From IMG/VR virus record IMGVR_UViG_3300028592_000011, positions 1 through 59,701 of that record: DNA of 59,701 nucleotides; one strand, 5' to 3'. Positions within the stretch are counted from its first letter, which is position 1. Each line of letters begins with the position of its first letter. Position numbers and translations under genes: made by a program. Below are positions 45,800-55,202 of the stretch, one piece after another. The DNA is from a virus. Taxonomy: Duplodnaviria > Caudoviricetes. The notes under the pieces were generated by a model. It saw nothing but the letters and a program-made list of their open reading frames with translations. It had not been told where the DNA came from and did no database searches.

Positions 45800-45824
45800 A
45801 AAAAACCCGGCTCTAGGCCGGGTT
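45800..45824 (-). terminator. Terminator of repressor transcript
   Basis: AACCCGGC-ctaga-GCCGGGTT followed by T run on minus strand. Confidence 0.7.
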
Positions 45825-45871
45825 CTCTGGGTTGCTTTTGGAGGGTGTGCGCTAGGGGCAGGGCTGCGTGG

Positions 45872-46090
45872 TTAGCGATCCTTGTCCGCACCAGCGTCCC
45901 GACGCTGGCCGTAATCGACCACAGCGTGGCAATCACACATTAGATCGAGCCAGTAGCCCCGATCCTTGGTGATGCTTTTTTCTGCCTCCGCGACGGAGAT
46001 CATCCGGGCAAGGTCAAGCATCACCCGATATTTTGAGTCGTCGGTATGGGTCGTGACATTCCCGGTTACTCTTCTTGATTCATCGGCCAT
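45872..46090 (-). CDS. Small protein co-oriented downstream of repressor (rex position)
   Basis: GGGAGA RBS; between cI and its terminator. Confidence 0.6.
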   Translation of the reverse strand: MADESRRVTGNVTTHTDDSKYRVMLDLARMISVAEAEKSITKDRGYWLDLMCDCHAVVDYGQRRDAGADKDR

Positions 46091-46140
46091 GGATTCTCCC
46101 TTTCTGATTGTTGTGGGTGATCCCTAGGGTGGTTCGCCCT

Positions 46141-46590
46141 TTAGCGTTTTGCTCGCTCAATCGGCGTGACGTTTCCAGCCGTGCGCTTGGCTTCCTCCAG
46201 CTGTCGCTTGTGCTCGAACGCACGCTCGATCTGCTCGTTGATGGCGTAGAAGTCCTCTTTCGGCAGGCTCTCCAGTCGCTGCGCCAGGAGGATGGTGGAA
46301 AGCTTGTAGTCGGTCAGGGCCTTCTCTGCATCGGGCGTCATGGGCTCACCTCTCAGGAGGGCTTTGGGGAGCCCGAACGTGCGGTGAGTCGCCTCGATGG
46401 TATCCGGGCCCACCTCCTGGAGCTCGCGAAAGATGCGAGACAGGGTGGCCTCCGAGATCGGGTGGCCTTTGGCTTTGTAGTGCCGAGCAACGGCACCAAG
46501 GTTCAGTCGGCCGTCGTTTCGCCACAGCTCCTTGTACGGCTGTGCCGCGGCCTCGATGAGTTCCTTGAAGGTTAGTTGTCGCTTTGCCAT
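46141..46590 (-). CDS. CI-like repressor (HTH, no S24 peptidase domain)
   Basis: LGAVARH......ISEATLSRIF HTH; divergent from cro-like gene. Confidence 0.7.
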   Translation of the reverse strand: MAKRQLTFKELIEAAAQPYKELWRNDGRLNLGAVARHYKAKGHPISEATLSRIFRELQEVGPDTIEATHRTFGLPKALLRGEPMTPDAEKALTDYKLSTILLAQRLESLPKEDFYAINEQIERAFEHKRQLEEAKRTAGNVTPIERAKR

Positions 46591-46630
46591 CACTGAAATG
46601 GTGTGCGGGTCCGGTGCCCGCGACAACCAA

Positions 46631-46674
46631 CCTTGCGGCGATGTATTGAAGTCCTTGCGGACATGTAATATGTT
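46631..46674 (+). promoter_or_regulatory. PR promoter with two operators
   Basis: TTGAAG-17-TATGTT; CCTTGCGGCGATGTA and CCTTGCGGACATGTA, 22 bp apart. Confidence 0.72.
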
Positions 46675-46681
46675 GGCGCCT

Positions 46682-46897
46682 ATGTCCACAGACCTCGCCT
46701 CCAAGATTCAGGAATTGATCGGCGCTGGCGTCAATGAGAGCCAGATCGTCACCACCCTCAACGCCGAAGGCGTGGAGGTGACCTTGCCCACGATCAACCG
46801 CATCAAGAACGGACTCATCAAGCGGACTAGTTTCGACATTGGTAGTGCTCTGGTGCGCCTCCACAAGAAGCGCGTTCGTTCTGGTCGTGCTGCCTAA
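46682..46897 (+). CDS. Cro-like HTH protein
   Basis: PTINRIKNG......F..G..L..L. Confidence 0.75.
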   Translation: MSTDLASKIQELIGAGVNESQIVTTLNAEGVEVTLPTINRIKNGLIKRTSFDIGSALVRLHKKRVRSGRAA

Positions 46898-46941
46898 CCC
46901 TCGCTGAGGGGTTCCGTTCCTCACCGTCATCGTCGGCCCCC

Positions 46942-47439
46942 GTGGCAAAAAAATTTTCGCCAAAAATGGTCAGTCAAAAGAAATCAAATAATGTGACTCA
47001 GCTTGAGCTACCAACGTTCAAGCCGGCGGAGCGCGTGGCGAAGCCTCAGTCCATTGATGTGATCGCCTTGCTGCCGACCATTCGCAACATCCCCACGTTG
47101 CACAAGGCGATCGAGGTAGCTCGTGAGCTATCGGGTCTCCAAGACAAGGAGATCTACGACGAAGTAGGGATCGATCCTGGCGCCTTCTCGCGGATGACGG
47201 CCGGTACAGCTTGGTATCCCCAAGACGCGCGCTGGCAAAAGCTGACGAAGAAGATCGGTCATCTTCCGCTTGCTTGGCAGTGCGAGGCCGAGGGCTACGA
47301 CTTCGCGACACTCCGAAAGCACCAGACCGATGCGGAGCGCGAGGCCGAGTTCTGGAAGCGACGCTGCGAGCAGATCGAGCACGAACGCGAGATCGAGCGA
47401 AAGGCCGTGCAGGAATATTTATGCGCCCCTCGTCGTTAG
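46942..47439 (+). CDS. CII-like HTH regulator
   Basis: SGL.DKEI....GID.G.FSR; position after cro. Confidence 0.6.
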   Translation: MAKKFSPKMVSQKKSNNVTQLELPTFKPAERVAKPQSIDVIALLPTIRNIPTLHKAIEVARELSGLQDKEIYDEVGIDPGAFSRMTAGTAWYPQDARWQKLTKKIGHLPLAWQCEAEGYDFATLRKHQTDAEREAEFWKRRCEQIEHEREIERKAVQEYLCAPRR

Positions 47440-47737
47440 TCATGGTAACGGCCGCCCCTACGTCCGTGATCAAACTTAATCTGGGTTTTGGATTTTCTAC
47501 ACTGGTCGCCGCTCTGCGACAACCCCTGACACGTAGCGGTTTTCCCTCCGGTCGAGTCGAGAAAGTCCTAGAAATTGCCGTTAGTTCTGAACTTGAGGCG
47601 GATGACAGGACAACCGATTCAGGGACTGTCTCAACCGCTGGCAATTATCCCGACACGGGATATCCCCGACACACCGTTCGCTTATGCCCGTTCGGTGCCC
47701 AATGATTTCCCCGCGCCGATATCCCCTGAGCGCGGAC

Positions 47738-47772
47738 GCCGCCGGTACATCTTTGCCGGCGGCTTTCTTTTC
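47738..47772 (+). terminator. Intrinsic terminator (tR-like)
   Basis: GCCGCCGG...CCGGCGGC followed by TTTCTTTT. Confidence 0.65.
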
Positions 47773-47784
47773 TGAGGTGATGTT

Positions 47785-48216
47785 ATGCGCAAAGTGAAAC
47801 GCTGGCGCTACTTCTGCGATCACTGCAAGAAAAGCGGTGGATCAGCACCTCACATGGTGAAGCACGAACGAGGCTGCACCGCTAACCCTAACCGTTACTG
47901 CGGTGTATGCGATCGCATCGGCTTGAGCGCAGCCCCGCTGGCAGAACTGATCTCGCTGGTGAAGGCCATCGGTAAGCCAGAGCACAACGAATTCATCGAC
48001 TACTCGTGGTGGAGCCTCGACCAAGCAGCGTTTCAGACTTTGCGTGAGAAGGCGGACAACTGCCCCTGCTGCATTCTCGCAGCCCTGCGTCAGGGCAATG
48101 GCCAAGCGACAAGCGATGTCGATTTTGATTTCAGGAAAGAGATCAAAGACGTGTGGAAGGACTACAACGACGACGCCTATCAGGAGCGCATGGGCTCGTA
48201 CTACGGGGGTTACTAA
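47785..48216 (+). CDS. Zn-finger protein
   Basis: CDHC..H...C, C..C, CPCC; GAGG RBS. Confidence 0.65.
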   Translation: MRKVKRWRYFCDHCKKSGGSAPHMVKHERGCTANPNRYCGVCDRIGLSAAPLAELISLVKAIGKPEHNEFIDYSWWSLDQAAFQTLREKADNCPCCILAALRQGNGQATSDVDFDFRKEIKDVWKDYNDDAYQERMGSYYGGY

Positions 48217-48440
48217 TGAGCCAGCCAACCCAGAACCAACGTTTGCTCTCATACCTCAAGCGCCGCAAGTACATCACGCGCGCGCCGGCCTTCACGGAGC
48301 TGGGCATCGCGAACTTATGGCAGCGCTGCGCAGAGCTGCGCGAGATGGGCCACCGCATCGACTCGCGATGGCACAAGACGCCCGACGGCGCCAACGTGAA
48401 GCAGTACTGGTTGGTCGAAGGGCGGAAGAGAGCAGCGTGA
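48216..48440 (+). CDS. Winged HTH protein (HTH_39-like)
   Basis: TQ..RLL.YL, IT...A...LGI..L..R..ELR..G..I. Confidence 0.7.
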   Translation: MSQPTQNQRLLSYLKRRKYITRAPAFTELGIANLWQRCAELREMGHRIDSRWHKTPDGANVKQYWLVEGRKRAA

Positions 48441-48495
48441 CCAGAGTGATCACATTTCGGCGGTCCGAGCTGCAAGCGGTCTTAGCGTAGCCCAC

Positions 48496-49278
48496 ATGGC
48501 GCGTATCCGAACCATCAAGCCGGAGTTTCCCCACAGCGAAAGCATGGGGCGCGTGTCTCGAGATGCGCGCTTGACCTTCATCGAACTTTGGACGCTCGCC
48601 GACGATGAAGGGAGGCTTCGCGGAAATTCGCGAATGCTCGCGAGCCTTCTCTTCCCCTATGACGACGATGCGAAAGACCTCATCGACACATGGCTGGCGG
48701 AGTTAGAGCGCGAAGCGTGCGTCGTTCGTTACCAGATCGATGGCGCCAGCTACGTTCAGATCTGTAACTGGTTGGAACATCAGAAGATTGACAAGCCATC
48801 CAAGTCGAAAATCCCACCATTCGCGGCACCCTCGCGAATCCTCGCGAATCCTCGCGAAGGTTCGTCGGAGGATCTAAGGATCAAGGATCAAGGAGAGGAA
48901 GGGAAGGGAGAGGATCGTGTATCTCACGCGCGCGAGGGCGAAGCGGTTGGGTTTCACACCGTTCGCGAAACCTATCCGGAGTTCAGCGGCCGACAGGATT
49001 GGATCAGCGCTCAGCACTACGCAAACCTTCGCGTCGAGCGTGATGGCCTGACGTGGAGCGATCTCCATGCGGCAGTCGAGCGGTACCGGGCCTATTGCGA
49101 TTCCGGCGGCGTGAGCAGCCCGCAGTTCGTGATGACGCCTGCGAAGTTCTTCAGCGGTGCTGACAAGCCTTGGCTTCAGGAGTGGAAGCCACCGCCCAGC
49201 AAATCCCAGGTCAAGCAGGACAAGAACATTTCCGTGGCCCAGCAATGGTTGAGTAAGCAATCCGATGCGACCCAGTGA
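48496..49278 (+). CDS. Replication initiator
   Basis: MARIRTIKPEF, ADD.GR, NW..HQKID; internal iterons. Confidence 0.82.
   Translation: MARIRTIKPEFPHSESMGRVSRDARLTFIELWTLADDEGRLRGNSRMLASLLFPYDDDAKDLIDTWLAELEREACVVRYQIDGASYVQICNWLEHQKIDKPSKSKIPPFAAPSRILANPREGSSEDLRIKDQGEEGKGEDRVSHAREGEAVGFHTVRETYPEFSGRQDWISAQHYANLRVERDGLTWSDLHAAVERYRAYCDSGGVSSPQFVMTPAKFFSGADKPWLQEWKPPPSKSQVKQDKNISVAQQWLSKQSDATQ
48831..48917 (+). repeat. Probable replication origin iterons
   Basis: CTCGCGAA x3 at 10-bp period, then AGGATC repeats and a purine tract inside the initiator gene. Confidence 0.65.
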
Positions 49279-49765
49279 CAAACCGAAGTTCGTGACGACG
49301 CTGGTCGGGCTCGCGGCAATCAAGAACCGCGAGCTCACTGGCGAGGCGATCGACCTGTGGTGGCTCTCGATGGCGAAGTGGTCCATCGAAGATTTCACAT
49401 CGGCGGCGGCGCATCTGGTGACCGAGTGCCAGTTCATGCCGACGCCGTATGACTTCGCGCAGCTTCGTAAGGCCGGCGAACTGACGGCCGGCGAAGCATG
49501 GGAACGGGTTCTTGGCGGCGCCAAGTTGGAGTTGGGCAGCCGCGCTTACCGGGCTGCTCAGATCGTGGGTGGCCAGGTTGCCATCCGTCACGCAGACATC
49601 GAGCGTGATCTGCCATTCATCCAGAAGCGATTCATGGAGGCGTACGGCGATCTCAGCGATGTTGATTCCGTGCGCGAAGCACTACCTCAGATCGCGAATA
49701 TCGACGTTCTCCCGGCGCTGCCATCGGGGCGCGGTGGGTTCGCTCGTATCGGATCTGTGTCCTAA
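49265..49765 (+). CDS. Replication accessory (helicase loader/inhibitor-like) protein
   Basis: F.P.P, A.EAW..V, VGG, F...Y; follows initiator. Confidence 0.6.
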   Translation: MRPSDKPKFVTTLVGLAAIKNRELTGEAIDLWWLSMAKWSIEDFTSAAAHLVTECQFMPTPYDFAQLRKAGELTAGEAWERVLGGAKLELGSRAYRAAQIVGGQVAIRHADIERDLPFIQKRFMEAYGDLSDVDSVREALPQIANIDVLPALPSGRGGFARIGSVS

Positions 49766-49794
49766 CAACCGCGGCAGCGTCCGCAGAGGTCAAC

Positions 49795-50709
49795 ATGTTT
49801 TTCAAGAATCTCGTCGTCTACCGCTTGCCCGCCGACTGGGCTGTGTCTGCTGCCGAACTGGAGGAGAAGCTGGCGGCGCGCTCGCTCATGCCATGCGGCA
49901 GCTTCGACATGCAGAGCCGAGGTTGGGTGTTCTCCAGCGATCTTGGCCGCTACGTCCACGCAGTCAACGGCCAGCTTCTGATCGCGCTCGGCGTCGATCA
50001 GAAGATCCTGCCGGCCAGCGTGATCAATCAGGCCACTGCCGAGCGTGCGAAGGGACTGGCGGAGGAGCAGGGCTACCCCGTGGGCCGTCGGCAGATGCGT
50101 GAGCTCAAGATGCGCGTCACCGAAGAACTGCGCGGCCGCGCACTGACTCGCAAGCGCATCACTCATGCCTGGATTGATCCTAAGAACGGATTGCTGGTGG
50201 TGAATGCGTCGAGCGAGGGCAAGGCCGAAGAGGTGGTCGAGGCGCTGCGCAACGATCTGGGCAGCTTGCAGGTTACGTATCTCGAGACGGAGCGCTCGCC
50301 GTCGGCATCGATGACTGCCTGGCTGGCGCTGGGCGATGCGCCAGCAACGTTCTCCATCGATGCTGATTGTGAGTTGCAGGCGGCAGACCAGAGCCGGCCG
50401 ACAATCCGGTACGCGCGATGCCAGCTGGATGCGAAGGAAATCCGCACCCAGATCACCGGTGGCATGTTCGCGACGCGCCTTGGCCTGACCTGGAAGGATC
50501 GCGTTGCCTTCGTCCTCAACGAGAAGCTGCAGCTCCGGAAGATCGAGTTCCTGCTGATCGGCAAGGACAAGCCGGCCGACGGTGAATCAGTCAGCCCGGG
50601 CGAGCAGTTCGACATCGACTTCACGCTGATGACCGGCGAGCTTGCGGCACTGTTGAGCGATCTGCAGCGGGCGCTTGGTGCCGGCGAGGGTCTGGCTCAG
50701 GCGGCGTGA
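49795..50709 (+). CDS. rdgC: Recombination-associated protein RdgC
   Basis: MFFKNL.VYRL, S.GWV, KILP.SV, MT.WL, DF.LMTGEL. Confidence 0.93.
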   Translation: MFFKNLVVYRLPADWAVSAAELEEKLAARSLMPCGSFDMQSRGWVFSSDLGRYVHAVNGQLLIALGVDQKILPASVINQATAERAKGLAEEQGYPVGRRQMRELKMRVTEELRGRALTRKRITHAWIDPKNGLLVVNASSEGKAEEVVEALRNDLGSLQVTYLETERSPSASMTAWLALGDAPATFSIDADCELQAADQSRPTIRYARCQLDAKEIRTQITGGMFATRLGLTWKDRVAFVLNEKLQLRKIEFLLIGKDKPADGESVSPGEQFDIDFTLMTGELAALLSDLQRALGAGEGLAQAA

Positions 50710-50712
50710 CGT

Positions 50713-50937
50713 ATGAATAACCGCATCGACATCGAGCGATTGAGGCAGTTATGCGCAAAAAACCTCAACGCCGTGCAGATCGCGGCGCGCCTCGGAGTGA
50801 CGTCGGAGTCGGTGAGGGAAGCCTGCAAGCGCCACGGGTTAACTGTCGCTGCGGCTCCCCTCGGGAAGCAGGGCATTTGTTCTGTATCGACTGCCTCACT
50901 GCATACCGAAAATGCTACGACAGGCCGAAGTGAGTAA
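50713..50937 (+). CDS. Small HTH protein
   Basis: QIAARLGVT..SV. Confidence 0.6.
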   Translation: MNNRIDIERLRQLCAKNLNAVQIAARLGVTSESVREACKRHGLTVAAAPLGKQGICSVSTASLHTENATTGRSE

Positions 50938-51083
50938 GCCGCGCTGGCGTTGGCACTGGGGGTGTGGCTGGTGGGAGCGCAGCACCGAGAACACATTCGA
51001 GGTATGGGACCCGGATTGTGATCATCCGATTATAGGATTTCGTCCATGAGCGAGCCGCGCACGACAAAGAAGGTGATCATTCG

Positions 51084-51500
51084 ATGAAAAAACCGATCCT
51101 TTGCATGGATTTCGATGGAGTCATCCACAGCTACACAAGCGGCTGGAAAGGCGCACGAAATATTCCCGACCCGCCGATGCCTGGAGCGCTCGACTTCATC
51201 AGCGATGCCATGTTGGCCGGCTGGGATGTCGTGATTCATAGCTCTCGTGCCCGGCACTTCGGCGGTATCGGTGCCATGCGCAACTGGCTACGCGAGCATG
51301 CCGGCAACCAGTGGGATTGCATGGGCCCGAGCTTCTGCGATGTGCGCTTCGCCCGCTGGAAGCCGTCGGCAACGCTGACGATCGACGACCGCGCCATGCG
51401 CTTCACCGGTGTATGGCCTTCACTGGTCGCCATGAAGAAATTCAAGCCCTACAAGCATGACATGCAGTTGAAAACTGTAACCGGAGGAGATATCCCATGA
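51084..51500 (+). CDS. HAD-superfamily phosphatase-like protein
   Basis: DFDGVIHSY, HSSR, KP, IDDRA. Confidence 0.8.
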   Translation: MKKPILCMDFDGVIHSYTSGWKGARNIPDPPMPGALDFISDAMLAGWDVVIHSSRARHFGGIGAMRNWLREHAGNQWDCMGPSFCDVRFARWKPSATLTIDDRAMRFTGVWPSLVAMKKFKPYKHDMQLKTVTGGDIP

Positions 51501-51667
51501 GCGAGATCAACAGAGCACTGCAAGATCAGCAGGCCAAAGACGTTGGCGAGGCATTCAAGGAGATCTTCGGCAACATTCCCGTCATCGATCACAGCAAGGA
51601 AAAGCTGCGCTTCTTGCAGGATCGCATTGCCGAGGAGCAGCAGAAGGCCCGTGCTGAGCGGCCATGA
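51497..51667 (+). CDS. Hypothetical protein (56 aa, not in ORF track)
   Basis: GGAGGAG RBS; ATGA-coupled on both sides. Confidence 0.55.
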   Translation: MSEINRALQDQQAKDVGEAFKEIFGNIPVIDHSKEKLRFLQDRIAEEQQKARAERP

Positions 51668-52179
51668 CCGACCATCTCCCGTCGAAGGATCTGACGCTGG
51701 CCGAAGCGCTTGAGCTGGTGCGTAAGCACGAGGGCTGGTTCAAGGAGCAGGAGGTTCCGAGCGTATCTCGCACGCTGGTCCGCGAGCTCGACCGCCTCAA
51801 CGCTCTCGTGAACAAGCTCTCCATTGAGCACGCATGGGCCGTGGGTCACGCGCGTGAGCTTCGCACCACCCTGACCGGCATCTCCACCTGCAGCACCTGC
51901 GAGGCGTGCAGAGGGGCGGCGCTGAGGGCGTTGGGCGATCCCCTCCAGACTGAAACAAGGGCTGCTACTTCGAGAGACGCGCGTAGTACCGAAGATGCGG
52001 GTAGGTCTGGCCCATACACCATCGAGCCTCACGGCGACGGCCATGCGCTCTATAGCGGCCGTGATCAGATGCACCACGGATGGAATCTCGCGCGCATCAC
52101 TGAGGCAACGCCCGAGACATTGCAGCTGATCGAGCAGGCGCTGAACGCGAGAGCCGCGCAACCTCCGGGAGATGAGTAG
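51664..52179 (+). CDS. Modular hypothetical protein
   Basis: CSTCEAC; ends RAAQPPGDE. Confidence 0.55.
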   Translation: MTDHLPSKDLTLAEALELVRKHEGWFKEQEVPSVSRTLVRELDRLNALVNKLSIEHAWAVGHARELRTTLTGISTCSTCEACRGAALRALGDPLQTETRAATSRDARSTEDAGRSGPYTIEPHGDGHALYSGRDQMHHGWNLARITEATPETLQLIEQALNARAAQPPGDE

Positions 52180-52646
52180 TGATCCGTGTGCGCAACCCAA
52201 GCCTCGAATTCAACTGGCTGCCGAACAGTCTGCGCAAAGGACTGTCGACGCCGAGGCTCGTGATCGTCGACCGGAACGATTGCGGCGGATTCTGTTGCCA
52301 GCCCACTCTGGAGAGGTGTGTGCATCCCTGGGTGGAGATGGATGTCGCCGAGGGAGCGGTGATTGGAGTCTCAAGCAACGAGTTGGACATCGCAGGAACC
52401 TTGGCTCACGAGTACCGACACTACTGGCAATGGTTCAGCTATTCGAAGTCGATGGCTCAGTCGGTATGGAATCATCGCAGCACCGACTACAAGGCAGCGA
52501 TCATCAGCTATTTCCGTTCGTACTGGTGGGAGATGGATGCGCTCAAGTTCCAACTGAAGTATGCACCCGACGACGTGTCTCGTCTGTGGTGGGACTGGTT
52601 GATGGAGGCGCCGTGCGGTGAGCACGCCGCCAAGGCGGGCCCGTGA
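52179..52646 (+). CDS. HExxH zincin-like metallopeptidase
   Basis: LAHEYRHYWQ and distal WEMDA. Confidence 0.6.
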   Translation: MIRVRNPSLEFNWLPNSLRKGLSTPRLVIVDRNDCGGFCCQPTLERCVHPWVEMDVAEGAVIGVSSNELDIAGTLAHEYRHYWQWFSYSKSMAQSVWNHRSTDYKAAIISYFRSYWWEMDALKFQLKYAPDDVSRLWWDWLMEAPCGEHAAKAGP

Positions 52647-52927
52647 AGCACCCAATCTTCCACGTCGGCGAGCGCTGTTACATCGACATCAGCAACACCG
52701 CCCCGCGTTATTCGCAGCTGGAGTGCGAGGTCACCGGGCCGCTGATGAATCGACCTGTCTATGACGAAACGGGCCGAATGCTGGGCTACTCCATGGCGTA
52801 CAGGCTCAAGCCTGACGAGCTTTGTGAGGAGGTGTGCGCTCCGGAGCAGATGCTGCGTAAGAAATGGGAGCGCTGTGACTGGGGCATGTTGCGCGGGATC
52901 TGGCAGCCGAATCGGGAGGCGCGGTGA
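52643..52927 (+). CDS. Hypothetical protein
   Basis: F.VGE SH3-like start; coupled. Confidence 0.55.
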   Translation: MKHPIFHVGERCYIDISNTAPRYSQLECEVTGPLMNRPVYDETGRMLGYSMAYRLKPDELCEEVCAPEQMLRKKWERCDWGMLRGIWQPNREAR

Positions 52928-52955
52928 CCGACCTCGCCGAGACGCTCTCTTTCCA

Positions 52956-53150
52956 ATGAGGAGAAAAATTTTGAAAGGTTCAGACTGGGTTCTGGTTTGG
53001 TCGTGGGCGGCGTTCCTGCTGTTCCTCGGCCCGTTTCTCATCTCAGCCCGCGACAGCCTCATGGTGTTCGTTGGCTTGGGGATTCTTGCTGCGCTGGTCT
53101 ACTTCACGCAGCGTCGTATCGTTCCAATCATCCAGGAGAAAATTAAGTGA
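52956..53150 (+). CDS. Two-TM membrane protein
   Basis: Hydrophobic; coupled to SPFH gene. Confidence 0.55.
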   Translation: MRRKILKGSDWVLVWSWAAFLLFLGPFLISARDSLMVFVGLGILAALVYFTQRRIVPIIQEKIK

Positions 53151-54001
53151 GAAAGATCCTATTGGTCATGATTGCGCTGGCGCTCAGCGCGTGCTCGAAG
53201 GTTCCTGCCGGCAATGTCGGCATCAAGTTCTACCTGCTGGGCGGCGACAAGGGCGCGGACACCGAGGAGCTTGGGCCCGGCCGATACTGGATCGGGGTCA
53301 ACGAGGAATTGTATCTGTTCCCCACGTTCACGCAGAACTACACCTGGACCAAGGAGCCGATTGACGGCGACGCCGCTGACGAGTCGATCACGTTCCAGAC
53401 GAATCAGGGCCTGTCGGTCAATGCGGATGTCGGCATTAGCTACGCAGTCGATCCGAGAAAGGTCACCGATCTATTCCAGAAGTATCGCAAGGGCATCGAA
53501 GAGATCACCGACACGTACTTGCGCAACATGGTTCGCGATGCACTTGTGACAGCTGCCAGCACGCGCGAGATTGAGATGGTGTACGGCCAGGGCAAGGCGG
53601 AGTTACTGGCCGAGGTTGAAAAGCGCGTCCGCGAGCAGGTCGACCCGCTGGGCATCAAGATCGAACGTTTGTATTGGGCCGGCGACTTCCGGCTGCCAGC
53701 GACAGTGACGGCCGCCATTGACGCCAAGATCAAGGCCACGCAATTCGCTCAGCAACGCGCCAACGAAGTCGCGGCCGCCAAGGCCGAAGCAGACAAGGCC
53801 GTCGAAGAGGCGCGCGGCGTTGCTGAATCCACCTTGCTCAAGGCGAAGGCCGAAGCCGAAGCGATCCGCATCAAGGGATCTGCGCTCTCCGAGAATCCCA
53901 AGCTCGTGGAACTGTCCGCCGTCGAGAAGTGGGACGGCAAGATGCCTCAGTTCACCGGCGGTGGTGCTATCCCGTTTGTGACGGTGCCACAGGGCAAGTG
54001 A
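53147..54001 (+). CDS. SPFH/band-7 (prohibitin-like) lipoprotein
   Basis: LSAC lipobox, VPAG.VG, A..EA repeats, EKWDG..P. Confidence 0.88.
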   Translation: MRKILLVMIALALSACSKVPAGNVGIKFYLLGGDKGADTEELGPGRYWIGVNEELYLFPTFTQNYTWTKEPIDGDAADESITFQTNQGLSVNADVGISYAVDPRKVTDLFQKYRKGIEEITDTYLRNMVRDALVTAASTREIEMVYGQGKAELLAEVEKRVREQVDPLGIKIERLYWAGDFRLPATVTAAIDAKIKATQFAQQRANEVAAAKAEADKAVEEARGVAESTLLKAKAEAEAIRIKGSALSENPKLVELSAVEKWDGKMPQFTGGGAIPFVTVPQGK

Positions 54002-54002
54002 C

Positions 54003-54389
54003 GTGAGGTGGACCGAGGAGCAGTTCGCCGACTTCCAGCGCGGGCGCGTACAGCCTGCGCCGGCCAAGCCGCGGAAGTATCGCAACAAGCCTTGCCAGGC
54101 GGACGGCGAGAAGTTCGATTCGAAGCTGGAAGCGACTCGTTTCCAGCTTCTGCAGCTGCAGGAGAAGGCCGGCGAGATCCGCGACCTTCGCGCGCATGTG
54201 AGCTTCCCGTTGATGGTGGGCGACGCACTCATCGGTGCCTATGAGGCGGACGCCGTCTATACCGAAGTCGCGACCGGACGGAAGGTGGTCGAGGATTCGA
54301 AGGGAGTCCGAACGCCGCTTTTCCGTTGGAAGGCACGCCACTTCAAGGCGCAGTACGGATTCGCGATTACTGAGGTTCGAAAGCGATGA
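54003..54389 (+). CDS. DUF1064 PD-(D/E)xK endonuclease
   Basis: KY.NK....DG..FDSK.EA, Y.AD..Y, VED.KG. Confidence 0.85.
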   Translation: MRWTEEQFADFQRGRVQPAPAKPRKYRNKPCQADGEKFDSKLEATRFQLLQLQEKAGEIRDLRAHVSFPLMVGDALIGAYEADAVYTEVATGRKVVEDSKGVRTPLFRWKARHFKAQYGFAITEVRKR

Positions 54390-54595
54390 GCGCAGTCAAA
54401 GAGCGATACCTGTCCTACGGCGCAAACCTGGGCTTCGTGCGGCTGTACTGTGGCGCGTGCAAGTCTGAAACATTGCACCGATCCCAGCTGTGCATCCACT
54501 GTGGCACGGCTGCGACCATCGTCCAGCGCGCCAATGCGATGTCAGCGCAGCAGCAGTACAAAGATGGGCTGCAGTTGCGACGGAGGCGGGCATGA
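54386..54595 (+). CDS. Small Zn-finger protein
   Basis: C..C....H....C..CG. Confidence 0.55.
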   Translation: MSAVKERYLSYGANLGFVRLYCGACKSETLHRSQLCIHCGTAATIVQRANAMSAQQQYKDGLQLRRRRA

Positions 54596-55131
54596 AACGC
54601 GATCCAGTTTCTTACGTCGACCGTGGCAGGCCCGGTCTGCGCTATGTGGATGGCCAGTTGCCAACGGTGCGGGAGCCGGAGGCGGTCCCGCATAAGGTGC
54701 TGACCAAGGAGGCACTACAAGAGCGGGGCGACTCCGAGTTCCCAGATGCAGACGCCGCGCTCGAGCACTGGGCAGCGTGGGCGAAATCGGCTCTGTCGAG
54801 CATGGGCTGGCCACCGCGGACGCTGCTCGCGAGGATCATTGAATGCGGTGTGTTAGGTGCAGCTCAGCGTGGGAGTGGCATGCTGTTGGTGGTCGGCAGC
54901 ATGGTTGAATATGACGAGCTGTGCGCATGGGTAGAGGCGGCGGTCATGCGGCTCACGCTCACCGAGCGAAACGTTATCGTACGTGCGTACATGCATTTCG
55001 AGTCACCAGAGGCATCGGCGCGGGAGCTTGAGATGTCCGCATCGAACTTTCGTCAGATCCTGTACCGTGCGCGCCGATCTGTTCGTGACTATCTCGACGG
55101 CAGAAAAGCTGCAAAGGCAGTTGTGTTATAA
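54592..55131 (+). CDS. Late gene regulator (Q-like, sigma region-4 HTH)
   Basis: L..WA.W, AV..L...ER.VI...Y, C-terminal HTH; precedes promoter and terminator. Confidence 0.7.
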   Translation: MKRDPVSYVDRGRPGLRYVDGQLPTVREPEAVPHKVLTKEALQERGDSEFPDADAALEHWAAWAKSALSSMGWPPRTLLARIIECGVLGAAQRGSGMLLVVGSMVEYDELCAWVEAAVMRLTLTERNVIVRAYMHFESPEASARELEMSASNFRQILYRARRSVRDYLDGRKAAKAVVL

Positions 55132-55149
55132 CAAAACACCCCATAGGAT
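55121..55149 (+). promoter_or_regulatory. pR'-like late promoter
   Basis: TTGTGT-17-TAGGAT at end of Q-like gene. Confidence 0.45.
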
Positions 55150-55171
55150 GCTCGCATCCAATGCTTTCCCC

Positions 55172-55202
55172 GAGCCCCGCTTCGTGCGGGGTTCTTCGTT
55201 TC
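55172..55202 (+). terminator. tR'-like terminator
   Basis: GAGCCCCGC-ttcgt-GCGGGGTTC followed by TTCGTTT. Confidence 0.6.

Noticed and set aside
47440-47737. ORF or structured RNA after the cII-like gene
   Set aside because: ORFs look non-coding and the hairpins are short; insufficient support
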